Below, in pieces: positions 45,564 to 54,390 of a stretch of 64,000 nt of DNA (position 1 is its first letter; each line of letters starts with the position of its first letter). The stretch comes from Candidatus Latescibacterota bacterium (GTDB lineage Bacteria > Latescibacterota > UBA2968 > UBA8231): positions 1,056,001 through 1,120,000 of the forward strand of contig OZ242318.1 of the NCBI GenBank assembly GCA_965208105.1, read 5' to 3'. A program made the position numbers and the translations under genes. The notes beneath the pieces are model-generated. The model saw only the letters and a program-made list of their open reading frames with translations, was not told where the DNA came from and searched no databases.

Positions 45564-46865
45564 CTAAGGTACCGGGCCGGGGTCAACCTCGACCCTGGTG
45601 GCGACGAAACCCTGCAGGCGGGCGAGGCCCTCGCCCTCCATGGTCGACTTCATCAGGCCCTCTCCCGTGGCGATCCACGCTTTGCGATGCCGCTCGTCCA
45701 GGGCGATGTCCAGCACCAGGCCGCCGCCGTCCGGCGATAAAAGGTGGTGGGACAGCAGGGCGCCCTCCGCGCTGAATACGGCCAGCTCGGTCGGGCTCAC
45801 CACCCAGCAGGCGCCGCCGTGCCGGTCGACGTCCAGGGCGAGGGCGCCTGAAAATGGCAGCTCCGCTTCCAGGGCGCCGCCGCCGGCCCCGTCCAGGCGC
45901 AGGAGTCCGCCGCCGTCCCGCACCAGGAGCCAGGCGCGGCTCCCGGGAGCGGCGGCGATCGCCAGCGGACGCGGCACGTCGCGCCATTCCATCCGGCTTC
46001 TGCCCTCGTGCCCGTAGAGAAGCACCCGTTCCTCCTCCCTGTCCACGATCCAGCAGCGCCCGTCCCGCGCCGCCAGGAACATAGGTTCGGAAAAATGGGC
46101 GTCCACTTCAAGCAGCTCCAGCGGATCGCCGGGCTGCGCCGGGGAAAACGAGTAGACTGTCCGGCGCCCGGCGTCGATGATCCATCCGAGGTCGTGCTCC
46201 GAATCGATGCTCAACCCGGAGGGGCGCTCCATGTCCGCTTCGAACTCCTGCAGCTCCTCCTCCTTGTCCAGGCGAAAGAGCCCCCGGACCTGGGCGGCGC
46301 TGACCCAGCAGGACCCGTCTTTGCGGTAGAGCGCCAGGTCGGCGACGGCGGGGAAGTCCAACCACCTGAACTGGGCGCTGCGTCCGTCCGGGCTGATCTT
46401 CCAGACCGAGTTGGCGGGGAAATCGGCCACCCAGGCGGTCTCCTCGCCGGGGATGGCGCGGCTGAAGCCGACTCCAAGGTTGACCCTGTCGACTATGCCG
46501 AGAACTCTCTCGTGAAAAACCTCCCCTTCGCCGTCGATCAGCAAGCCCAGCTGGTAGTCGTGGACCACGCCGTTGACCAATCCCGTGTCCGTGTAACCGA
46601 GCTCCCCGGGCTGCAGAGGAGAAACCGGGTGGAGGGCGAAATCTCCCTCGCCGACGCGGCGGTAGAGGCGCAGAGCGTCGATGTCCTCGAAGCGGCTGTA
46701 GTCCCAGCGCAGGCGCACCTCGCTGTCGCCGGCCAGGGCCGCCAGGGGGATGTAGGAGTCCTGGGGGTTCCTGGCATCCCAGTCCAGGGGGTTGCGGCGC
46801 TGGCGCTCAGCGCAGCCGCCGGCCGCCAGGAGCAGGCAGCAGATGTATATCAACCTGAGTGCCAT
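45564..46865 (-). CDS. Lipoprotein with FnIII-like and beta-propeller domains
   Basis: AGGC lipobox, R.NPLD, VRLRW...YTDTGLVNG...Y FnIII pattern, repeated CWV/WI.D blades. Confidence 0.75.
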   Translation of the reverse strand: MALRLIYICCLLLAAGGCAERQRRNPLDWDARNPQDSYIPLAALAGDSEVRLRWDYSRFEDIDALRLYRRVGEGDFALHPVSPLQPGELGYTDTGLVNGVVHDYQLGLLIDGEGEVFHERVLGIVDRVNLGVGFSRAIPGEETAWVADFPANSVWKISPDGRSAQFRWLDFPAVADLALYRKDGSCWVSAAQVRGLFRLDKEEELQEFEADMERPSGLSIDSEHDLGWIIDAGRRTVYSFSPAQPGDPLELLEVDAHFSEPMFLAARDGRCWIVDREEERVLLYGHEGRSRMEWRDVPRPLAIAAAPGSRAWLLVRDGGGLLRLDGAGGGALEAELPFSGALALDVDRHGGACWVVSPTELAVFSAEGALLSHHLLSPDGGGLVLDIALDERHRKAWIATGEGLMKSTMEGEGLARLQGFVATRVEVDPGPVP

Positions 46866-47310
46866 GAGAGAAGAATACGAAATAGGTGGTCAGGACGATG
46901 CCCGCTTCCATCGCCGCGAAGGCGGCGCCGGCGATGCGGTCGTAGCGCTCGGCCCGCTCGAACTGCTTTTCCCGGCGCCTGATTCCGGCCGAGCGCAGGT
47001 AGCTCTCGTAGGCCTCGTCGGCGCGGTGCTTGCTCCACAGAGCCAGGCCGCCGCCGCCCAGGGCGAGGGCCGCGCTCAGGTAGAGCCTGGCGCGGGGGCG
47101 GCTTCCCTCCCCCCCTCTGCCGCGCTGCCGGATCAGGCCCGGGCCCCGTGCCGCGGCTGCCTGCGCCTGCCACGGCTCTTTACAGCGCCAGGAAGGCAGG
47201 GACGGGAAGGCGGGGGGCAGCCTCCCCTCCAGCGGCTCGGGCTCGCCGCCGAAGGCAAGACCCTGCGCCGCCATCATAGCCGACAGGGAGCAGATCAGAA
47301 ACCGCATCAT
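46807..47310 (-). CDS. Hypothetical exported/membrane protein
   Basis: Signal-like N-terminus; ADEAYESYL...RYDRIAG flanked by hydrophobic segments; fills the operon gap. Confidence 0.6.
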   Translation of the reverse strand: MMRFLICSLSAMMAAQGLAFGGEPEPLEGRLPPAFPSLPSWRCKEPWQAQAAAARGPGLIRQRGRGGEGSRPRARLYLSAALALGGGGLALWSKHRADEAYESYLRSAGIRRREKQFERAERYDRIAGAAFAAMEAGIVLTTYFVFFSHGTQVDIHLLPAPGGRRLR

Positions 47311-47320
47311 GGAAGATTTC

Positions 47321-48607
47321 CTAGTGCTCGGCGAATACATAAATCCTCTTGTTCTCCGAAGCGATGCCCACCACTCCCGGACCCAGGGCCACCGCCTCCT
47401 GGGCGGGGCCGTTCAGGCGATACTTCCAGAGCAGGCGTCCCGACTCGCTGTCCAGGGCGTAGAGGTGCTGGTCGCTGCTGCCGCAGTAGACCGTCCCGCC
47501 CGCGATGGCCGGGCTGGAGCGCACCACACCTCCGGTGGCGTAGCTCCAGCGCCGGGCACCCGACCGCGGGTCCAGCCCGTGGACGTGATGATCGGCCGAC
47601 CCCACCACCAGGACCCCGGGACCCAGGGCCATGCCCGGGGCCGGCAGGGCTCCCACCCGTGCCCGCCAGACCACCTCTCCGGAACCGGCGCTCAGAGCCA
47701 GCACGGTCCCCGCGGCGGTGCCGACGAAGACCCGATCCTCCGCGGCCACGGGACGGGCGCGCACCGCGTCGTCCAGCTGACGGCTCCAGCGGCGGGTTCC
47801 ATCCCCCAGCTCGAAGGCCGCGACGAGGCCGGAACCGTCGCCAGCGTAGACCTCCTCCGCCCCCATGGCCGCTGCCACCCGCAGGCGGCCCCCCAGGCGG
47901 GCCTGCCACAGCCTCTCCCCGGTGGAGGCGCGCAATGCCTGCAGCACCCCCGCCTCCACGGCCGCCACCAGGGTGTCGTTGCGGCCGGCGAGAGGCGCGC
48001 AGACGGCGGCCTCGGTGGGAACGGTCCAGCGCAGCTGCCGCGTGAGGCGGTCGAAGGCGCGCAGCCGGGGCTCCTTTCCTGCCTCGGCGAAGACCAGCAT
48101 GCGGCCGGCCAACAGGGGCGCGGCGCACACCGCGGCGGAACCGGGGCGGCGGCCCAGGAGCCGGCCGCTGCGAATCTCGAAGGCGTAGATGGAGCCCGCC
48201 GCGGTGAGCTGCAGCACCGCGTTTCCCGCGAAGAACGGAGGACCGAGGGGGGCGGCATCGATCTTCTGGTTCCACAATTGCTTCAGAGGCGGTTGCAGGT
48301 CCCGCGGCGCAAAGGAGTGGGCGGCTGCGGTGCCGCCGGCCTGCAGCCACTCGCTGCCGTTTTCCCCGGGCAGGTAGAACTCCTTTTCCCGGCACCCGGT
48401 CCCCAGCAGCAGGACCCCCAGCAGGCAGCTCCGCCAGGCGCTCCTAGTGCCTGCTTGCGTAAGTAAGCGTACGAACGAGGGCGCAGAAGCGCCCGGCTCG
48501 CCAGGCGCCTGAGCGAGTCGTACCTGGAGTGTACGGCGAGGGAGGGCAACGCCGCGAGCCGGGATGCAGCGGCGGCCGAATTCACGCGGAATTGCGCAAG
48601 CAGGCAC
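47321..48607 (-). CDS. PQQ-type beta-propeller (BamB-like) lipoprotein; 5' end interrupted by MITE
   Basis: LLLGTGC lipobox then W..RW/G...W PQQ repeats, SSPAIAGGTVYCGS; only the last ~375 aa of the 961-aa track ORF are real; start uncertain. Confidence 0.8.
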   Translation of the reverse strand: MPACAIPREFGRRCIPARGVALPRRTLQVRLAQAPGEPGASAPSFVRLLTQAGTRSAWRSCLLGVLLLGTGCREKEFYLPGENGSEWLQAGGTAAAHSFAPRDLQPPLKQLWNQKIDAAPLGPPFFAGNAVLQLTAAGSIYAFEIRSGRLLGRRPGSAAVCAAPLLAGRMLVFAEAGKEPRLRAFDRLTRQLRWTVPTEAAVCAPLAGRNDTLVAAVEAGVLQALRASTGERLWQARLGGRLRVAAAMGAEEVYAGDGSGLVAAFELGDGTRRWSRQLDDAVRARPVAAEDRVFVGTAAGTVLALSAGSGEVVWRARVGALPAPGMALGPGVLVVGSADHHVHGLDPRSGARRWSYATGGVVRSSPAIAGGTVYCGSSDQHLYALDSESGRLLWKYRLNGPAQEAVALGPGVVGIASENKRIYVFAEH

Positions 48608-48610
48608 TAG
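48444..48610. mobile_element. MITE copy 2
   Basis: Near-identical to 40873-41039, same orientation; right CTAG contains the stop of the Omp85 gene. Confidence 0.92.
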
Positions 48611-51438
48611 TAATCCCAGCCAAAGAAGAAGTCCCAGCGCGTGTCGTTTCCAAGGCTTTCGAAGTCGGTCCGCCTCGCCGCGTCGAGGCGAAAGACGAAT
48701 ATCCCTCCCAGCGCCAGGCGCACTCCGGCCCCCAGGCTGCCCTTCCACCCCCCGAACTCCCCGGTCCAGGCATTGCCGGCGTCCACGAAGAGAGCTCCGC
48801 GGAAGGCGCTGAGATCGATGTTCCCCACCGGCAGGCCGATCACCAGGCGGTCCAGCAGGGGGAACCGCAGCTCGTTGTTGAGCAGCAGCGCCTTGCTGCC
48901 CCATATCGAGCGCCAGCCGTAGCCGCGCAGGGTCCAGCTGCCGCCCAGAGGGAAGAACTCGGGAACGTCCCCGGAGCTGTGCCTCCCCATGAGGCGGAGG
49001 GCCAGGGCGCTGCGCCGCGACAGGCGAAAATAATGGCGGTAGTCGCCGAACAGGGTGACGTTGAAGCGGCGCGACCGCTTGAAATCCACCGTCTGCGCGG
49101 CGCCGAAGCTGTAGCGCTTGCCCTCCAGTGGTCCGGTGATGGTCCAAATGCTGCTGTCGTGGGTGTAGCTCAGCGCATTGGTGACCAGCCAGCCTTTCAG
49201 GCGCCCGCCGCCGGATTGGCGGTCGATGCTGGCGTGGCGCAGGGAGAGCCCGGTTTCCACCCGGTCGAAGCGGGAGAAAGGGTAGCTCAGGTCGATGCTG
49301 GCGCCGACCCGCTTCTCGCGCACCCGGCGCCCAAAGCGTCCGCTGAGACGGTCGTTGAGGCGAAAGACGCCCCAGGTGGTGTTGAGCTGCCTTCCCAGGT
49401 GCTGGCGTCCGAGCACCATGTTGAGCCCGTTGAGTACATCCACGTTGCCGGAGATGTGCGACAGCACCAGGTAGTAGTGGTCGTTGCCCAGCATGTCGCT
49501 CATCCCCACCTGGATTCCGCCCGAGGTGCCGAAGTCGAGGTCCTGTGAAATCTGGCTCTGGGCGATATCCAGGGACATCTTCTTCCTGTACTTCTTGCGG
49601 GCAAGGGGACCGCCCAGCGCCGCCTCGGGCTTCCACGTCGCGGCCTTTGCCGAGGGCAGGGATTCCCAGGCCACCGCGGCGCTGTCGTCCCGACCCAGCT
49701 CCTGGTGGTAGATCTGAAACCGGCCGTCCTCGTAGCCGGAGAACAGCAGCCCCCGCCGGTCCGGAGTCCACACCGGGTCGAAGGTCCCGGTCAGGGTCCG
49801 GGTGACGCGCCGGGTGGCCGCCCGCAGCCCGCCTTCCGGGGCCCGGGACAGGCGCATGGCATAGAGGTTGAACATGGTGTCGCGGTCGGAGCTGAAGACG
49901 AGACTCTGCCCGCCGGGCGACCAGGCCGGCTGCAGGTCGTTGTGCCATCCTCTGGTCAGGGGCAGGACCTGCCGCTCTTCCACCTCGTAGAGGAACAGAT
50001 TGTAGAATCCCCGGCGCCCCCCTTCCCAGCGGTCCGAGCTGAAGGCGATGCGGCTCCCGTCGGCGGACCAGTCCGGGTCGCGGTCGTGGTAGATGTCGGA
50101 GGTCAGGGCCTGCAGGCTGCCATCCACCGTGTCGACCACGTAGAGGTCCGCAATACCCCCCTTGTGGGCTCCCGAGAACACCAGGCGGCGGCCGTCCGGG
50201 GACCACGAGGGCGAGGAGATGGCGACGACCTCATCGAAGGAGAAGCGGCGCTCCTCCCTGCCCTGGCACAGGTCCCAGATGTAGAGGTGATCGCGTCCGG
50301 CGCGCTTGGCGGAGAATGCCAGGCGGCGGCCGTCCGCCGAGACCGCCGGCTTGGTGTCCAGGGCGTGCAGGGCCTCGAAGGAGGGCGAGCGCTCCCCTTC
50401 CACCACGACCACGTCATCGCCGCCCTGCAGCGAGCTGCGCACGATCTGGGTATAGCCCTGGTAGTTCCTGAAGAATATGACCCCGGCGCTGTCGCCGGCG
50501 GCGAAGACCTGCGGCTTCACGTTGAAGCCCCGCCGGGTCAGGGGGCGGGCGAGCCGGCTGGGCGGATCGGCGGCGGCGATATCGGGCAGGTACTCCTTGC
50601 CCAGCCGGTACTGCCAGTCCTTGTCCAGCTTGGCCAGGGAATCGCCGGTGACCTTCTCGAAGACCTCGGCGAAGTCGCGGCCGCGCCACCAGTTGTCGAG
50701 CAGCAGGGCGAAGATGTCCTCCCCGTAGGTGGCCGCCATGTGGGCGCAGATGGACTGCCCCTCCTTGTAGAGCTGGAAGGTGCCGTGGATGAAGTGCATG
50801 CCGTCGATGGCCACCAGGCGGCGCGAGAACAGGGAGTCTCGGATGATCATGTCGGCGTAGGTGTCCCATTCCCCTGACCAGTACTCGGCGAGACCTTCGG
50901 AAAACCACAGGGGGGCGGGCCTGAAGTCGGTGATGCCGCGGCGGCCCAGGACCTGCTTGATGCGGTCGGCCATGAAGACGTGCACCAGCTCGTGGCGCAG
51001 GACGCGTTCGAATTCGGGCAGGGAGCCGCTCAGCGGCAGCACCACCCTGCCCTTGAGGAACTCGGTGAATCCTGCAACCCCCGGCGGCAGGAGATCGGGG
51101 ATGATGTTGGTCTGCTCGAAGTAGACGTGGGAGGAATAGATGATGAGAGGAATGCGGCGCTGCACGGTGTGGGCGAATTTGCGCTCCAGGTCGGCGAATC
51201 CCCGTTCGGCCATCTCGGCGGCGTACCCTGCCAGTTCCTCCTCCTCGGCGTAGAAGTAGAGATCGAAGTGGTCGGTCTCGGTCTTCTGCCACTGGAAATC
51301 GGCGTACTGGACCTTGTTCTTGCCGAAGCGATGGACCTGGGAGGCGCCCGGATCGGCGCCCGCAACCAGGGCGGCGAGCGCCACCGGCAGGAGGAGGCCG
51401 AGATGGCGCCGGAGGTCGAATGAGGTGGAAGCGTGCAT
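48607..51438 (-). CDS. Omp85/BamA-TamA family protein with N-terminal metallopeptidase-like and PD40/TolB propeller domains
   Basis: FGKNKVQY, HELVH...WFSEGLAEY, repeated P.WSPDG, LGGSWTLRGY, FVDAGNAW, terminal FFFGWDY; start ATG 51438. Confidence 0.9.
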   Translation of the reverse strand: MHASTSFDLRRHLGLLLPVALAALVAGADPGASQVHRFGKNKVQYADFQWQKTETDHFDLYFYAEEEELAGYAAEMAERGFADLERKFAHTVQRRIPLIIYSSHVYFEQTNIIPDLLPPGVAGFTEFLKGRVVLPLSGSLPEFERVLRHELVHVFMADRIKQVLGRRGITDFRPAPLWFSEGLAEYWSGEWDTYADMIIRDSLFSRRLVAIDGMHFIHGTFQLYKEGQSICAHMAATYGEDIFALLLDNWWRGRDFAEVFEKVTGDSLAKLDKDWQYRLGKEYLPDIAAADPPSRLARPLTRRGFNVKPQVFAAGDSAGVIFFRNYQGYTQIVRSSLQGGDDVVVVEGERSPSFEALHALDTKPAVSADGRRLAFSAKRAGRDHLYIWDLCQGREERRFSFDEVVAISSPSWSPDGRRLVFSGAHKGGIADLYVVDTVDGSLQALTSDIYHDRDPDWSADGSRIAFSSDRWEGGRRGFYNLFLYEVEERQVLPLTRGWHNDLQPAWSPGGQSLVFSSDRDTMFNLYAMRLSRAPEGGLRAATRRVTRTLTGTFDPVWTPDRRGLLFSGYEDGRFQIYHQELGRDDSAAVAWESLPSAKAATWKPEAALGGPLARKKYRKKMSLDIAQSQISQDLDFGTSGGIQVGMSDMLGNDHYYLVLSHISGNVDVLNGLNMVLGRQHLGRQLNTTWGVFRLNDRLSGRFGRRVREKRVGASIDLSYPFSRFDRVETGLSLRHASIDRQSGGGRLKGWLVTNALSYTHDSSIWTITGPLEGKRYSFGAAQTVDFKRSRRFNVTLFGDYRHYFRLSRRSALALRLMGRHSSGDVPEFFPLGGSWTLRGYGWRSIWGSKALLLNNELRFPLLDRLVIGLPVGNIDLSAFRGALFVDAGNAWTGEFGGWKGSLGAGVRLALGGIFVFRLDAARRTDFESLGNDTRWDFFFGWDY

Positions 51439-51502
51439 GGAACTAGCGAACCAGAGAATGGGTTCCGGGAAGGGTCCGCGCAGCCCGCCGGGCTGCGGGG
51501 CT

Positions 51503-52585
51503 TCAGCGGCCGCCCGGAAGATGGCCCCCGAGTCCGTCCCCGGACTGGCGCAGGGGACGGTGGATGACCAGCCTGCGCCCGGCCTCGAGACCGTCCCGGT
51601 AGGCGGTGCTGGCGGCCACCCCCCGTCCATAGCTGCTGTATACCCGGGGGTTCACGTAGCGGTAGTACTGCTGCAATCTGCTGTCGCCCTTCCAGACCAT
51701 GGACCGGGTGCCGCGAATGGTGGATTCCTGCTCCTGAAGCTTGCGGTAGAACCCTTCGAGGGTGCCGGCGAAATAGCGCTGTCTCTCGCGGTTGTCGCCC
51801 AACCCCGATCTCTTCCTGTAGCCGCGCCACAGACCCTCCAGCGACCCGGCGAGGAAATCATAGGCGTAGGAGGCCATCTCCAGGTTGGCCTCCGTCCCGT
51901 AGATCTGCAGGATGGTCCCGCTCTTGTCGGACCGCGCTTCGTAGGTGGCGGCCCACAGGACCTCGACGAAGAAGAAGTCCTGGAGAATGGTGCCCAGCCA
52001 CAACTCGAAGGATGCCCGGCGCGCCTTGACGGGTCCGAGGCAGCGGCTGCCGAACCCGCGCTCGCGGTCGAGCTCCACCACCTCCACGTTGTAGCGCAGC
52101 AGCAGCCGCCGCGCCTTCTTGACGGCGCTCTCGGCCTCGTGCTCGTTGGGGCTGGAGGCCAGGGACAACACCTTCCTGATGACGCGCAGGATGCGGTCCT
52201 GATCGGTCGCCGCAGCCGTCTCTCCGCCGCCGCGCGCCCGGGGGCTGCAGCGCAGTTTCTCGCAGGCGCGCCGCCAGGCCGGGCCGTGGGGCCCCTCCCC
52301 TTGCGGCGCCAGGACCTCATCGGCGTACTGGTGAGCCATCTCGTGGCGCAGGGTATCCATGACCTCGAGCCAGGGATGGGTTTCGATGTGCCGCGACGAG
52401 ATGCCCAGGCGGCGGTGCGCCCGATCCCAGTAGCCCCATTCCCCCTCTCCGCGGCTCAGGGTGATGATGGGGACCTCGAGGGCGCAGTCGAGATACTCCT
52501 CGTTGTAGCGGTGCCACCACCAGTAGAGCTTGCGGTTCCAGGCCCTGTGCAACTCCGCTCCTATCCCTCGCCGCCGCGCCTCCAT
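51503..52585 (-). CDS. SprT-like metalloprotease plus DUF2786 domain protein
   Basis: TLRHEMAHQ...PHGPAW...C SprT motif; RVIRKVLSLASSPNEHEAESA..KARRLLLRYN DUF2786 motif. Confidence 0.82.
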   Translation of the reverse strand: MEARRRGIGAELHRAWNRKLYWWWHRYNEEYLDCALEVPIITLSRGEGEWGYWDRAHRRLGISSRHIETHPWLEVMDTLRHEMAHQYADEVLAPQGEGPHGPAWRRACEKLRCSPRARGGGETAAATDQDRILRVIRKVLSLASSPNEHEAESAVKKARRLLLRYNVEVVELDRERGFGSRCLGPVKARRASFELWLGTILQDFFFVEVLWAATYEARSDKSGTILQIYGTEANLEMASYAYDFLAGSLEGLWRGYRKRSGLGDNRERQRYFAGTLEGFYRKLQEQESTIRGTRSMVWKGDSRLQQYYRYVNPRVYSSYGRGVAASTAYRDGLEAGRRLVIHRPLRQSGDGLGGHLPGGR

Positions 52586-52589
52586 GTCC

Positions 52590-53459
52590 TCAGCGCAGGG
52601 TGCGGATGAAAGAGTTGCTGAACGCGCCGCGGGCGACCTCGGCCACCGGCCCCTTCATGGTCAGGTCGAAGTCTCCGCCCACCTTGATGCGCAGGGCGCC
52701 CCCCGGCGCTTTCACCGTCACCGGGCTTTTGACCAGCCCGAGACGAACCGCCGCGCTGGCGGCGGCGCAGGCCGAAGAGCCGGACGCCTGGGTTTCCCCG
52801 GCGCCGCGCTCCCAGATCAGAATGTAGATCGACCGCGGACCCAGCGGAACGGCGAGCTGGACGTTGGTCCGCCGCGGAAAGAGCCGGTGATTCTCGAGCT
52901 CGGGACCCAGCTCCAGCAGCTCTTCCCGGCTCCACTCCCCTCCCTCGTCCTTGAAGACGACGCAGTGGGGATTTCCCACGCTCACCCCGGTGAAGAGCAG
53001 GTCCCGGCCGGCCGCCGCGATGGGCCGGCGGACTAACTCCGCGACCTTCAGGGCGCAGGGCAGGTCCCCGGGGCTGAAGGTCGCCCGCCCCATCTCCACG
53101 GTGGCGGAGGCGGGTTCGCCGCGGGAGTCAAGGTGCAGGTCCACCTCGACCAGCCCTCCCCTGGTCTCGACGCTGAAGCGGCGCTTGCGGGTCTTGCGGG
53201 TGGCGTAGAGATAGCGGCCGAAGATGCGCAGGCCGTTGCCCGACTTTTCAGCCTCGCTGCCGTCGGGGTTGTAGATGCGCACGGCGAAATCCGCCCGACG
53301 CGATTCCTCCAGGGCGAGAATGCCGTCGCTGCCCACGCCCCAGTGGCGGTCGCAGACGGCGCGGATGTTGGCCGGGGTCAGGCGGAAGTCGAGCTCGGCG
53401 GGATTCAGCGCGATGTAGTCGTTGCCGAGGCCGTGGCCTTTGAAGAATCCGTTTTTCAT
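52590..53459 (-). CDS. dapF: Diaminopimelate epimerase
   Basis: FKGHGLGNDY, YNPDGSEAEKSGNG, VGNPHCV, WERGAGETQASGSSACA. Confidence 0.92.
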   Translation of the reverse strand: MKNGFFKGHGLGNDYIALNPAELDFRLTPANIRAVCDRHWGVGSDGILALEESRRADFAVRIYNPDGSEAEKSGNGLRIFGRYLYATRKTRKRRFSVETRGGLVEVDLHLDSRGEPASATVEMGRATFSPGDLPCALKVAELVRRPIAAAGRDLLFTGVSVGNPHCVVFKDEGGEWSREELLELGPELENHRLFPRRTNVQLAVPLGPRSIYILIWERGAGETQASGSSACAAASAAVRLGLVKSPVTVKAPGGALRIKVGGDFDLTMKGPVAEVARGAFSNSFIRTLR

Positions 53460-53502
53460 GCTTGGAAGCGCCCTGAGAGATTCCTTTCAATTTCTATAAC
53501 GA

Positions 53503-53531
53503 AAGGTAGACACGCCACTTAGCGCGGTCAA
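53503..53531 (-). promoter_or_regulatory. Sigma70-type promoter for dapF operon
   Basis: TTGACC-N17-TACCTT on minus strand. Confidence 0.6.
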
Positions 53532-53570
53532 CAGGGTTTCCCCGGCCAACCCCTTCCCTATATTATTGCC

Positions 53571-54386
53571 ATGCTCAACCTGGTTATCGCCCTGCCCGGC
53601 GAAGCGCGCCCGGTCATCAGCCGCCTCCGCCTTGAACGGCTGGAACCCGGCACTGCATTCCCGCTCTACTCCGGCGACCGCGTCCGCCTGGTGGTCTCGG
53701 GCTGCGGCAAGGTCGCCGCCGCCGCCGCCGCCGCCTACCTGGGGGCGGCCCTGCCAGATCCTCGCCCCTCCGCCTGGCTCAACCTCGGGGTTGCCGGCCA
53801 CCGCAGCTCCGCCCTGGGCGCCGCCCTGCTGGCCCACAAGGTCGTCGACCGCGCCAGCGGCCGCAGCTACTACCCGGCCATCACCTTCCCCTTCCCCGGC
53901 TCCACCACCGCCCTGGTGACGGTGGACGAGGCCGAGACGGCCTACCCCGAGCCATGCGCCTACGACATGGAGGCCAGCGGGTTCTGCGCCGCCGCCCTGC
54001 GCTTTGCCGGCGCCGAGCTGGTGCACTGCCTCAAAATCGTCTCGGACACCCCCGAAGACCCGCCGGACCAGCTCTCGGCAAAGAAGGTCGAAGCCCTGGT
54101 GCAGGCCCGAATGGACATCGTGGAGCAACTGGTCTGCATCCTGGCCGACCTGGGCGCCGAAGCGGCGGGCCTCCAGCGGGACCCGCCGCGCTACGCCGAG
54201 ATCCTAGATCGCTGGCACTTCACCGCTTCCGAGCGGCGGCAGCTCCGCCAACTGCTCCAGCGCCGCCATGCCCTGTCCGGGGCCGAGCCTGTGCCGGAAG
54301 CGGAGTGGGATGACTTGAAACGCGGCAAGGATGTCCTAATTTCTCTGCGGCGCCTGCTCGACGCCCAGGCCCCTCTCCGGTTCTGA
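53571..54386 (+). CDS. Nucleoside phosphorylase/MTA-SAH nucleosidase-like protein
   Basis: IALPGEA, SGCGK, WLNLGVAG, YDMEASGF, KIVSD; TATATT at 53559-53564 suggests a leaderless transcript. Confidence 0.82.
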   Translation: MLNLVIALPGEARPVISRLRLERLEPGTAFPLYSGDRVRLVVSGCGKVAAAAAAAYLGAALPDPRPSAWLNLGVAGHRSSALGAALLAHKVVDRASGRSYYPAITFPFPGSTTALVTVDEAETAYPEPCAYDMEASGFCAAALRFAGAELVHCLKIVSDTPEDPPDQLSAKKVEALVQARMDIVEQLVCILADLGAEAAGLQRDPPRYAEILDRWHFTASERRQLRQLLQRRHALSGAEPVPEAEWDDLKRGKDVLISLRRLLDAQAPLRF

Positions 54387-54390
54387 TCCC

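Noticed and set aside
47321-50206. 961-aa ORF as one protein
   Set aside because: N-terminal ~530 aa is an alternate frame of the Omp85 gene, followed by MITE read-through; only the PQQ-propeller part is protein-like.
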